From Synergistaceae bacterium UBA6083 (GTDB lineage: Bacteria; Synergistota; Synergistia; Synergistales; 79-D21), in contig DIXJ01000010.1 of NCBI GenBank assembly GCA_002436015.1, forward strand, positions 45,860 to 109,859: a stretch of DNA of 64,000 nucleotides, given 5' to 3'. Positions 1 to 8,910 of the stretch are shown in pieces; positions within the stretch are counted from its first letter, which is position 1; every line of letters begins with the position of its first letter. The notes beneath the pieces were generated by a model. The model saw only the letters and a program-made list of their open reading frames with translations. It was not told the DNA's origin and did not search any database. The translations under genes and the position numbers were made by a program.

Positions 1-2
1 AG

Positions 3-467
3 TCGTACGGGGTCGTGAAAACCATGGCGAAGGACCTGGGCTGCACGGTGGCCGACCTGATGGCCAACGCCGAGCTCCGGAAGCGGATCGAGCCCGAACG
101 CTACCTGGGGGGAGACACCGGGGCCTACACCCTGAAGGATATCCTGGAGGAGCTGGATAAGCCGGGCAGGGACCCGAGGGAATCCTTCGAGGCGGTGGAG
201 TTTTCCCCCGATGTGCGGGAAATGGCGGACTTGCGGGAGGGGATGGAACTGGCTGGAGTGGTCACCAACGTGACCGCCTTTGGCGCCTTCGTCGACATCG
301 GCGTCCACCAGGACGGCCTCGTCCACGTCAGCCACCTGGCCGACCGATTCGTGAAGAATCCGTCGGACGTCGTCCGGGCAGGCCAGAAAGTCCGCGTGCG
401 GGTCGTTTCAGTCGACGCGGTTCGCAAGCGCATCGGGCTCTCGATGAAGGGGCTGCCTAGTTCATGA
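3..467 (+). CDS. tex: Tex-family RNA-binding transcription accessory protein, C-terminal part (5' end outside window)
   Basis: DILEELDKPGRDPR followed by S1 domain GVVTNVTAFGAFVDIGVHQDGLVHVS. Confidence 0.9.
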   Translation, partial: SYGVVKTMAKDLGCTVADLMANAELRKRIEPERYLGGDTGAYTLKDILEELDKPGRDPRESFEAVEFSPDVREMADLREGMELAGVVTNVTAFGAFVDIGVHQDGLVHVSHLADRFVKNPSDVVRAGQKVRVRVVSVDAVRKRIGLSMKGLPSS

Positions 468-903
468 TGATTCCCCGGAGCTTCTCCTTTGCCTTCTCGC
501 ACTCCAGGGCGAAATCCTGGGGCTTCGACGTCCAGAAGGCCTTGCGAATCGACCATTCCCTGCGGAAGTTCCGGAGCCACTCGGACTTGAAGTAGGTTTC
601 AAGGGGATCGAGATCCGGGGCCGACGGGGCGGAGAAGACGAACCCCCCGAGCATGTCCTTCAGGCGGAGGGTCCAGGGGCGCACCAGCTCGAAAGGTTCA
701 TCGGCCCGCGAGGTTCTCGTCCAGAGCGTGACGGCCTCGCTGGACATGGCCATGCAGTTGGCCACGATGTGTTCCGGGTTGCAGAAAAAGATCTCGGCTT
801 CGATCCTTTCCTGCGGATCGAGGACCAGCTTAAGGGCAAGGGTGTGTCCCTCGATGAGGAAACCGGTTGTTGCATCTCGTTCGACCGAAATGTTCAATTG
901 CAT
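457..903 (-). CDS. Hypothetical protein (~148 aa)
   Basis: Open frame with GGAAGGGG RBS before ATG at 903; overlaps tex stop convergently; no family recognised. Confidence 0.6.
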   Translation of the reverse strand: MQLNISVERDATTGFLIEGHTLALKLVLDPQERIEAEIFFCNPEHIVANCMAMSSEAVTLWTRTSRADEPFELVRPWTLRLKDMLGGFVFSAPSAPDLDPLETYFKSEWLRNFRREWSIRKAFWTSKPQDFALECEKAKEKLRGIIMN

Positions 904-1176
904 CAGCCCCTTCCAGGGGAGAATAAACACTAAAACTAAAAATTAGCGCTTTTATCAAGCTAATTATAAAGTATTGGCTCTGCAAAGCAAGCAAAAAGCC
1001 GTAAAAAGTAGCATATATTAAATGGAAGGGTTACAAACTGTAATCTTGGCGGCTCCTGTGCACCGAGGTTTTTTAGCTTTTTAAACAGGGGTGTGGGTTT
1101 ATCCCGCACACAAGGCCGGGCACGGGAGAAAAATCCGAAAAAATTAAACGCATTTCCTTGCATACAACAGTCCTGA

Positions 1177-1219
1177 AATTCGGGACAGGTACAAATTCAT
1201 TGCGTTCACAATCACAAGC
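1177..1219 (+). repeat. 43-bp dispersed repeat, copy 1
   Basis: AATTCGGGACAGGTACAAATTCATTGCGTTCACAATCACAAGC; AATCACAAGC recurs 13 bp later (1223-1232). Confidence 0.95.
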
Positions 1220-1252
1220 TTGAATCACAAGCCTGGAAAAGGAGGGATAGCC

Positions 1253-2434
1253 ATGCTTGAACTGCAGGAACTGCAGCAGCGTACGGATCGCTTCCTTGAC
1301 GAAAGGGCCGGCGAGATGGCGGCGTTCAGCGATTTTCTCGGGCATCATCCGGAACTGCCGGCCGAAGAACATGAAAGCAGCCGGCTTTTTGTCGAGGCCC
1401 TGGAAAAAAACGGCTTCGAGGTCGAGTTCCCCTTCCTGGGCATCGAGACCGCCTTCATGGCGAAGAAGCGCCGCGGGGAAGGCGGAGTGGTGGCCCTCCT
1501 GGCGGAATACGACGCCCTGCCGGAGATTGGGCACGCCTGCGGGCACAGCCTGCACGGGACGCTTTCCCTTTATGCCGGGCTTGCCCTGGGGCAGGCGGTG
1601 GAGGAAACCGGCGGGGAAGTATGGGTGGTGGGCACACCCGCGGAGGAAGCCGACGGGGCCAAGAGCCCCATGGCGGACGCGGGGGTCTTCGACGGGGTCG
1701 ACCTGGCGATGATGGTGCACGCGTCCGGGGGAATCACCTGGACGGATTACCGTTCCCTGGCCCTGCACGGCTACGATATCACCTTCAGGGGAAAACCGGC
1801 CCATGCAGCGGCGGCTCCATGGGATGGGAGGAACGCCCTGAACGGGGCCAAGCTTTTCCTTGTGGCGATGGACATGCTTCGTCAGCAGGCCCGGCCGGAA
1901 ACCCGCATGTACGGGATCATCACGAACGGCGGCTCCGCGGTGAACGTGATCCCGGATTTCGCGGCCTGCCGGGTGGAGGTTCGGGCCCCGGAGAGGATCG
2001 GGCTGGACGAGCTGATGGGCCAGGTCTTCGACTGCGCACGGGGGGCCGCAATCGCCACGGGAACCTCCGTGGAGTGGGAAAAATACCTCCAGAGCTTCGA
2101 CGACATGCGCCCCAACCCGGCCGCCGAGGGGCTTGTTAAGGAAATGCTTGAGAAGCAGGGATTTGCCTGCTCTCCCAGTCCGGGCGCCATGGGTTCCACC
2201 GACGTGGGCAACGTTTCCTACCGCTGCCCGGCGATCCAGCCCATGATGGCCATCACGGAACGGTCCCTGGCCCTCCACACGCGGGAATTCGCCGAGGCGA
2301 CCTTCACCCCGGAGGCTCACGACGCCCTCTTGCGTGGAGCAAAAGCCCTCGCGGCCACGGGCCTTCGCGTTTTGACGGACCCTGCCTTGCGGGCTCGGAT
2401 CCACGCCGACTTCCTAATTCGGGACAGGCACTAA
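1253..2434 (+). CDS. M20 family amidohydrolase (AbgB/Acy1L2-like)
   Basis: HPEL..EE, AEYDALPEIGHACGH, GTPAEE, GSTDVGNVS, HT motifs; GGAGG RBS. Confidence 0.9.
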   Translation: MLELQELQQRTDRFLDERAGEMAAFSDFLGHHPELPAEEHESSRLFVEALEKNGFEVEFPFLGIETAFMAKKRRGEGGVVALLAEYDALPEIGHACGHSLHGTLSLYAGLALGQAVEETGGEVWVVGTPAEEADGAKSPMADAGVFDGVDLAMMVHASGGITWTDYRSLALHGYDITFRGKPAHAAAAPWDGRNALNGAKLFLVAMDMLRQQARPETRMYGIITNGGSAVNVIPDFAACRVEVRAPERIGLDELMGQVFDCARGAAIATGTSVEWEKYLQSFDDMRPNPAAEGLVKEMLEKQGFACSPSPGAMGSTDVGNVSYRCPAIQPMMAITERSLALHTREFAEATFTPEAHDALLRGAKALAATGLRVLTDPALRARIHADFLIRDRH

Positions 2435-2458
2435 TTCATTGCGTTCTCATTCACATGA
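2416..2458 (+). repeat. 43-bp dispersed repeat, copy 2 (contains M20 stop codon)
   Basis: AATTCGGGACAGGCACTAATTCATTGCGTTCTCATTCACATGA. Confidence 0.95.
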
Positions 2459-3524
2459 AGGACGGACCCCAGGAGAAACGCTAAAACCGCTGCGATTCGT
2501 CCCGGCGTTGGCGCTGTTTTTTGCCCTGGTCCTGGCGGCTGTCCCTGTGGCGGCCGGTCCCGTGATCCTGGCCTGGGATCACGTCCGGTCCGATCCCCCG
2601 AACCTCGCGGTGGACCCGCCACACCCGGTTGTCACCGTGCTCAGCCCGACCTGGTTCACGCTTTCGGGCCCTGACGGCAGCGTGGCCTCCAAGGCCGACA
2701 AGGCCTACGTGGCCGAGGCGAAAAGGCGCGGTGTCCGGGTGGAGCCGCTCTTCGCGAATGGGTTCAACCCGGATCGCACCAGGGCTTTCCTCTCGGACCC
2801 TCCTGCGCGTGCCCGCTCCGTGGCGCAAATCCTGGGTTTTTGCCGGAGCCTTGGGCTCGATGGCATCAACGTCGATTTCGAGAACGTCTTCGACGATGAT
2901 CGCGACCGGCTCACCTCGTACGTGGCGGAACTGTCGCATGCCCTACACGCCTCCGGCCTTCGCGTTTCGATCGACGTGACGGTCGTGTCCGGCAAGCCCA
3001 ACTGGTCGGCCTGTTACGACCGCGGGGCGCTGGGGAAGATCGTCGATGCCGTGGTCCTGATGGCCTACGACGAGCACTGGCGAAGCGGTCCCGTGAGCGG
3101 TCCCGTGGCTTCCATCGGCTGGGTGGAACGGGCCGTGGCGGAACTGGCGGCACTCGTGCCGCCCGAAAAAATCTGGCTGGGAATCCCGCTCTACACCCGG
3201 GAGTGGGAGGAGGTCCCCGCCAATGGGGGTTGGCAGAAAACCGGGGCGCGCGCCCTGTCGATGGCCGACGCGGAAGCACGTTTGGCGAAAAACGGCGCGG
3301 TTCCGGCCTGGGACGCGGTGGCGGGTCTCTATTACGGGGAATACCTGAAGGACGGGAAGCGCTACCGGATCTGGCTCGAGGAGGAGCGTTCCCTGGCGCT
3401 GAAGGCGGCAATGGTAGGGCGGTTCGGCCTGGGTGGCGTGGCGGCGTGGCGGCGGGGTTTCGAAAAGCCGGAGGCCTGGAGGGTGATCCAGGGGCTCCGC
3501 GAAGTTGCCAAGGCAGTAAATTGA
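2439..3524 (+). CDS. Secreted glycoside hydrolase family 18 (start codon uncertain)
   Basis: DGINVDFE (DxxDxE) motif, LMAYDEHW, GVAAWRRG; hydrophobic signal peptide. Confidence 0.88.
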   Translation: MRSHSHEGRTPGETLKPLRFVPALALFFALVLAAVPVAAGPVILAWDHVRSDPPNLAVDPPHPVVTVLSPTWFTLSGPDGSVASKADKAYVAEAKRRGVRVEPLFANGFNPDRTRAFLSDPPARARSVAQILGFCRSLGLDGINVDFENVFDDDRDRLTSYVAELSHALHASGLRVSIDVTVVSGKPNWSACYDRGALGKIVDAVVLMAYDEHWRSGPVSGPVASIGWVERAVAELAALVPPEKIWLGIPLYTREWEEVPANGGWQKTGARALSMADAEARLAKNGAVPAWDAVAGLYYGEYLKDGKRYRIWLEEERSLALKAAMVGRFGLGGVAAWRRGFEKPEAWRVIQGLREVAKAVN

Positions 3525-3537
3525 AGCTTCTCCCGTC

Positions 3538-4635
3538 TCATTGCCCTAGCAGTTCCGCATAGACCCCCGCGCTTTTTTCCCAGGAGAACCGTCCCGGGTC
3601 GAAAACCGGCAGGTTCTTCCCCTTTTGCAGGCGGGTTTCGAAGATCTCGGCCAGGGTGCGGATGTCGAGAGGCTCGAAGTACTCGGCGGAGTTCCCGCAA
3701 ACCTCGCGATGAACGGGGATGTCGGAGACGACCGCCGGGGTCCCGCAGGCCATGGCTTCCACCACGGGCATGTCGAAACCCTCGAATAGCGATGCGCTGA
3801 CGAAGAGTTCCGCGCCCGAATAGATTGCGGTGAGAGCCTCCTCGGGGATGTAGTCCAGGAAGCGGATCCTGCCGGGAGCCGTTTCCGCGGCGAACCGCTC
3901 TATTATTTCCGTGTATTCCGGTGAATAGGAGCGGTTGCCCGCGATGACGAGGTCCACGTCGGGGATTGTCGGGGCGATGGCGGAGAAGGCCCGGAGCACT
4001 GTTTCCAGGTTCCTGCGGGGGCTTACCGAGGCGAGGGACAAAATGTAGCGCCTGCGGGCTCCCAGTTGGGCCGCGATTTTAAGGGCGTGTTCCGGAGCAA
4101 CGGGGCGGAAGAATTTGGTATCGACACCGGGATACGCCACGGGGATGCGTTCCCTGTCGATGCCGAAAGCTTCGGAAACCTGGTCCGCGGTCGTTTCCGA
4201 AACGGCAACTATACAGTCGGCCTTGCTGATAGCCTGTTCGAACTTGGTCCTGAAACGCTGTTCGCGCGGGGTGAAGGTTCCGGCATGGTGGTCGCCCAGT
4301 TGGGACCGATAGAGCAGGTCATGAACGGTCAGGATGACCCTGGCACGCTTCTCGATGCCCAGGGGCCAGGAATAAAACGGGCACCAGAACCAGTCGCTCT
4401 TCCCGGGGCGGAAAAGCCTTTGCCCGATCAGCCACCTGGCCTGTTTTTCCAAAGGGCCCAGGGAGTAGAGCCGTTCAGGAGGGAAAGGGAAAAGCCCGGT
4501 TTCCCCGAAGGTGAAAAAACGGGTCTCCAATTCCGGGACGTGGAGCAGTTGCTCCGAGACCCGGAAGGCGTAGTTGGGAATGCCCGTTCTCTGGCGAGTG
4601 GTGAATTGCGTGGCGTCGATGACAAGATGGGGCAA
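3538..4635 (-). CDS. Glycosyltransferase family 4 (MtfB/WbaZ-like)
   Basis: TVHDL, SLFEGFDMPVVEAMACGTP. Confidence 0.88.
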   Translation of the reverse strand: MPHLVIDATQFTTRQRTGIPNYAFRVSEQLLHVPELETRFFTFGETGLFPFPPERLYSLGPLEKQARWLIGQRLFRPGKSDWFWCPFYSWPLGIEKRARVILTVHDLLYRSQLGDHHAGTFTPREQRFRTKFEQAISKADCIVAVSETTADQVSEAFGIDRERIPVAYPGVDTKFFRPVAPEHALKIAAQLGARRRYILSLASVSPRRNLETVLRAFSAIAPTIPDVDLVIAGNRSYSPEYTEIIERFAAETAPGRIRFLDYIPEEALTAIYSGAELFVSASLFEGFDMPVVEAMACGTPAVVSDIPVHREVCGNSAEYFEPLDIRTLAEIFETRLQKGKNLPVFDPGRFSWEKSAGVYAELLGQ

Positions 4636-4736
4636 CGCGGTTTCATCCCTTTCGTTTGTTGCATACTATACACAACAAGGGGGCCGGTGTAGAATCGACG
4701 CTGGATGAATCGAGTCGGGAGGCTTCCTGAAAACCG

Positions 4737-5906
4737 ATGAAATGCCTTTATATTACTCCATTCAATCCTTATCCGGCCCGATCCGGCGGGGCCCTTCTAA
4801 CAGACTTGATGCTTCGGAAGATCGGGGCAAAGTGCCCAATCGACGTGGCGACTTTCGGCGATTCCCCGGATTATTCTCCCTATCCCGGGGTTGGAAACGT
4901 AAGGCGGTTCCGCAAGGATCCCCTGTACAGGATCCGTGCCCTGCTGGGAAAATTTCCCGAATCCCTTGAACGGCATACCGACCCCGACCTGGAACGCCTC
5001 GTATGGGCGGGGGGTTACTCCCACGTTTTCTGCGACAGCTTTGCGCCGGCCCTTAACCTGTTGCGCCCCAAGGGGTCCTTGCGCGAGAGGTGCCCCTTTC
5101 GGACCATTCTCCTGAGCCACAACCTGGAGAGCCAGGTAGAGCGCGAAAACATCCAGTACGACGCGAAGCGTTTCTCCTGGCACAAGCGGAAGATCCTGTC
5201 GAGGGACGTCGGGCGCATGGAACGGGCGGAGGCGGTTTTGCTGCCCCGGTTCGACCGGGTCCTTTCCGTTTCGGAACACGAAAGTCTTGTCATGAAGGAC
5301 CGCTGCGGCTGTGGAGACAACGTGCGGACCCTGCCGATCTCCTTCGGGACGAAGCTCTCCGCGTTCCCGGAAGACCGCAAACCGGACACGATTCTCTTTG
5401 CCGGGTCCATGTGGTGGCTGCCGAATCGCCACGGGCTGTCCTGGTTCTTCGAAAACTGCTGGGAAACGATCCTCGCCGCGCGTCCTGCGGCCTGCGTGAT
5501 CCTGGCCGGGAACGACAAGACCGGTTTCGCCCACGGGATGGCGCAACGCTACCCCAACGTGACGGCGACGGGCTTCGTGGAGGAGATCGAGCCCTTTTTC
5601 AGGCAGGCTTCCGTGTTCATCCTGCCGCTTTTGATCGGGACGGGCATCAAGATCAAGCTACTCGAGGCGATGGGCTGGGGGCTCCCGGTGGTTTCGACGC
5701 CGAAGGGGGTTGAAGGGGTCCCCGGTTTCGAGGAAGGCCGCCATGCCCTGGTCTGCGGAGAGCCCATGGATTTCGCGCAGGGAGTCATTCGCCTGCTTGA
5801 GGCCCCCGACCTCCGGGAAAGGATGGCCAGGGAGGCGCTTTCCTGGACCGAGTCGAACGAAAAGGCCCTGGAATCCCTTCTGGACGAGGTGTTTTGCGAT
5901 GCCTGA
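4737..5906 (+). CDS. Glycosyltransferase family 4
   Basis: FAGSMWWLPN, GTGIKIKLLEAMGWGLPVVST. Confidence 0.88.
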   Translation: MKCLYITPFNPYPARSGGALLTDLMLRKIGAKCPIDVATFGDSPDYSPYPGVGNVRRFRKDPLYRIRALLGKFPESLERHTDPDLERLVWAGGYSHVFCDSFAPALNLLRPKGSLRERCPFRTILLSHNLESQVERENIQYDAKRFSWHKRKILSRDVGRMERAEAVLLPRFDRVLSVSEHESLVMKDRCGCGDNVRTLPISFGTKLSAFPEDRKPDTILFAGSMWWLPNRHGLSWFFENCWETILAARPAACVILAGNDKTGFAHGMAQRYPNVTATGFVEEIEPFFRQASVFILPLLIGTGIKIKLLEAMGWGLPVVSTPKGVEGVPGFEEGRHALVCGEPMDFAQGVIRLLEAPDLRERMAREALSWTESNEKALESLLDEVFCDA

Positions 5907-6897
5907 AGAAAGCCCGATCCACGTCTTTCTTTCGTCGGACGAGAGCTACGCGCCTCACCTTGCAGTCACTGTCGTTTCAATCCTCCGGAACGCGAATCCA
6001 GATGACCGGTTTACCTTTCACGTGTTGAGCAGGGGAATCACGGAAACGAGCCGCGAGCGCCTTGTCCGCCTGGCGGAAGGCCAGGGGGCCGCCCTGTTCT
6101 TCATCGAGGCGGACGCGAATATGCTTCGGACCTTCGAGGGTGTCATGGTGCTGCACGAAAACGATTACGTGAACGTCACGTCCTACTTGCGGCTGGCCGT
6201 TGGGGAGCTTTTTCCGGATCTTTCCAGGATTCTTTACCTCGACTGCGACGTTGTTGTCCGGAAAAGCCTTTCGCCCCTTTGGAAGACAGACTTGGCCGGG
6301 CATGTCCTGGGCGCGGTCGAAGACCAGGGATTCGGGGAAAAGATGGATTTCGAAAAGCAACTGCTTGGGGTGAGCCGATATTTCAACTCCGGCGTCCTGC
6401 TTATCGACCTGGATCTCTGGCGCCGAGAGTGTTGCGGGGAAAGGTGCCTTGAATTCGCGCGGACGAACACGCTGCCGACGATATGGCATGACCAGTCCAT
6501 CCTTAACGCGGTCTTCAAGGACCAGGTGCTCTTCCTGGGGCAGGATTGGAACCTGATGGCCTGTGACGCCTGGCGGGTGACCCGGCAAGGCCGGATCCCG
6601 GCCGGGTGGGAAGACGCCATGAACGACCCGTCGATCGTCCATTACACGGCCGCCAAGCCCTGGCTTTACGAGACGCGGCATGTCCTTTTCGAGGAAGATT
6701 ACTGGAAGGCTCTTGCGGAGACGACTTGGGGAGACAGGAAAACCCTGGAGGGCAAGGCCGAGAAGTTTCGGCAGTGCCGCGCCCGGGAAACCTGGCGTCA
6801 CCCCCGGGAGGCCGCCCTGGCCCTTTTGGGCCTGGCGGAATGGCCCCCGGCCCTGCCAAATGGCCTTTGCCTCGCGATTTCGGGAAGCGGCAAATGA
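5899..6897 (+). CDS. Glycosyltransferase family 8
   Basis: RILYLDCDVVV, YFNSGVLLIDL, DQSILN, IVHYTAAKPW; ATG overlaps upstream gene end. Confidence 0.9.
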   Translation: MPEESPIHVFLSSDESYAPHLAVTVVSILRNANPDDRFTFHVLSRGITETSRERLVRLAEGQGAALFFIEADANMLRTFEGVMVLHENDYVNVTSYLRLAVGELFPDLSRILYLDCDVVVRKSLSPLWKTDLAGHVLGAVEDQGFGEKMDFEKQLLGVSRYFNSGVLLIDLDLWRRECCGERCLEFARTNTLPTIWHDQSILNAVFKDQVLFLGQDWNLMACDAWRVTRQGRIPAGWEDAMNDPSIVHYTAAKPWLYETRHVLFEEDYWKALAETTWGDRKTLEGKAEKFRQCRARETWRHPREAALALLGLAEWPPALPNGLCLAISGSGK

Positions 6898-7832
6898 AAG
6901 TATCGGTGATCGTTCCCATGTACAACGCGGAGAGGACGATCGCGGTTCCGCTGTTGTCCCTGGCCCACCAGACCCTTCCGCCCGAGTCTTTCGAACTTGT
7001 TTTGGTCGACGACGGATCGACGGACCGGTCCGTATCGAAGGCACGCAAGCTTCTCGAGTCGGTTTCCTATCGATGGGAGATTCCCGAGGGGGCGCGCCGG
7101 GGTGTCAGCGCTGCACGGAACAAGGGGATCGACCATGCCCAGGGGGAACACGTTTTCTTCCTCGATGCGGACGATAGCCTCCCCCCGGATTTTTTGGCAA
7201 CGGTTTTGGAGGGGATCGAAAGAGAAGGGGCCGACCTGGCCTGGATCTGGAAGATCACGAACCCGGCCGAGTTCCAGGCCTTGAGAAAACACCCCATGGC
7301 CCTGAAGAGAAGCGGGGTGGAATGCCTCGATGGCTTCCTGAAAAAGCCCCGGAACGCACAGGTCATGGTTCGCCGGAGTTTCCTGGATTCATCCTGTGTT
7401 CGCTACACCGAGGGCCTTGCTTACGGTGAGGATTTCGATTTCTTCGTCCGTCTCCTGCTGGAAGCCCTCCGGGTCCACGTGGAGGATCGGACTTTTTACC
7501 TCTACCGCCGGCACCCCTTCCAGGTGACGCGAACCATCGATCGCCTCGAGGCGAGGAAGGCTACGGACGAGGCTTTTCGGCGGCTTTCGGGTTTCCTCGC
7601 GGAAAAGGGGGCTCCCGGTGAAATCCTTTTCGAGATGAAGCGGAACGAGGCCAGGGCCCGGATCAACCTCCTCCGGGAGGCCTGGAAAAGGAGGCCGGAA
7701 GGATATTTCGATGCGCTCCTTGAAAGCCCTGAAACGGAAGAGGCCATTCGCTTTGCCGGGCAGGGGAAGCTTTCGGTGAAATGGCAGATGAGGGCGGCGA
7801 TGCTTGACCTGGCACGGGTGATGAAGGGCTAA
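6894..7832 (+). CDS. Glycosyltransferase family 2
   Basis: VSVIVPMYN, VDDGSTD, GVSAARNKG, FLDADD, GED; ATGA overlap with upstream stop. Confidence 0.9.
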   Translation: MKVSVIVPMYNAERTIAVPLLSLAHQTLPPESFELVLVDDGSTDRSVSKARKLLESVSYRWEIPEGARRGVSAARNKGIDHAQGEHVFFLDADDSLPPDFLATVLEGIEREGADLAWIWKITNPAEFQALRKHPMALKRSGVECLDGFLKKPRNAQVMVRRSFLDSSCVRYTEGLAYGEDFDFFVRLLLEALRVHVEDRTFYLYRRHPFQVTRTIDRLEARKATDEAFRRLSGFLAEKGAPGEILFEMKRNEARARINLLREAWKRRPEGYFDALLESPETEEAIRFAGQGKLSVKWQMRAAMLDLARVMKG

Positions 7833-7867
7833 CCCGAAGCGGGAGTTGGCTAGCCTATACGGACAGG

Positions 7868-7901
7868 AAGAGGGGCCGGAAATCGATCCGGCCCCTCTTT
7901 T
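7868..7901. terminator. Bidirectional intrinsic terminator between GT2 and porB
   Basis: AAGAGGGGCCGGA-loop-TCCGGCCCCTCTT hairpin followed by T run. Confidence 0.75.
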
Positions 7902-7904
7902 GTT

Positions 7905-7947
7905 TCATGTGAAAGTGAACGCAATGAATTTGTACCTGTCCCGAATT
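7905..7947 (-). repeat. 43-bp dispersed repeat, copy 3
   Basis: Reverse complement reads AATTCGGGACAGGTACAAATTCATTGCGTTCACTTTCACATGA; exact 13-bp tandem CCGAATTACGCCT x2 at 7941-7966. Confidence 0.95.
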
Positions 7948-7958
7948 ACGCCTCCGAA

Positions 7959-8897
7959 TTACGCCTCCCAGGTTGCGCCGCAGCGGTCGAGGATGACCTG
8001 CCAGTCGGCGTCGACGTCGGCCTGGATTTCCTCCAGCATGGCCTTTGCACCGTCTCCCTTGAACAGGTGGCGGAAACGGGCCTGGGGCTTGAGGAACTCC
8101 TCGATGGGAACGCGTTTCTTTGGCTTGTAGGTGAGCTTCCACACGCCGTCGACGACTTCGTAGACGGGCCAGAAGCGGGTGTCCGCGGCCAGCTTGCAGA
8201 TGTCCTGCTGCAGGGACGGGTCGATGCCCCAGAAGAGGACGCAGGGGACGAGGATGTTGACGAAGGCCGGCCCCGGCGTCTCGACGGCCTTCTTCACCTT
8301 CTCGGCCACGTCGGTGGCGTTAAAGAGGGTCGTCTGCGCGACGTAGGGGATGTGGTGAGCCTCCACGATGGCGGTGAGGTCCTTGGGTTTCTGGAGCTTG
8401 CCCGGCAGAACGCTTCCCGCCGGCGAAGTGGTGGCGTTGGCCCCCTTCGGGGTGGCGCTGCTCCGCTGGGCGCCGGTGTTCATGTAGCCCCCGTTGTTGT
8501 AGCAGATGTAGGTGAAGTCCTGCCCGCGCTCCAGGGCCCCCGACAGGGCCTGGAGGCCGATGTCGTAGGTCCCGCCGTCGCCCCCGAAGGCGACGAACTT
8601 GATTTCCTTGTCGATCTTGCCGCGCTTCTTCAGAGCCACGTAGGCGGCTTCAACGCCCGACACGCCCGCCCCCGCGTTCTCGAAGGCCGTGTGGATCCAC
8701 GGCACTCTCCAGGAACTGAAGGGATAGACGGTGGTTGAAACCTCCAGGCAACCCGTGGCGTTGACGACGACCACGGGCGATTCGACGCCCATGAGCCCCT
8801 GGTGCACCGCCGTGGGGGCGCCGCAGCCCGGGCACATGCGATGCCCGTTGGTCAGGGGGCTTTCCTTTTCGGTGAAGTCCTTGATCCGGATGGCCAT
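7959..8897 (-). CDS. porB: Pyruvate/2-oxoacid:ferredoxin oxidoreductase beta subunit
   Basis: GHRMCPGCG, TGCLEV, GGDGGTYDIG TPP-binding motif, YMNTG. Confidence 0.93.
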   Translation of the reverse strand: MAIRIKDFTEKESPLTNGHRMCPGCGAPTAVHQGLMGVESPVVVVNATGCLEVSTTVYPFSSWRVPWIHTAFENAGAGVSGVEAAYVALKKRGKIDKEIKFVAFGGDGGTYDIGLQALSGALERGQDFTYICYNNGGYMNTGAQRSSATPKGANATTSPAGSVLPGKLQKPKDLTAIVEAHHIPYVAQTTLFNATDVAEKVKKAVETPGPAFVNILVPCVLFWGIDPSLQQDICKLAADTRFWPVYEVVDGVWKLTYKPKKRVPIEEFLKPQARFRHLFKGDGAKAMLEEIQADVDADWQVILDRCGATWEA

Positions 8898-8910
8898 CTC
8901 TCACACCCCC

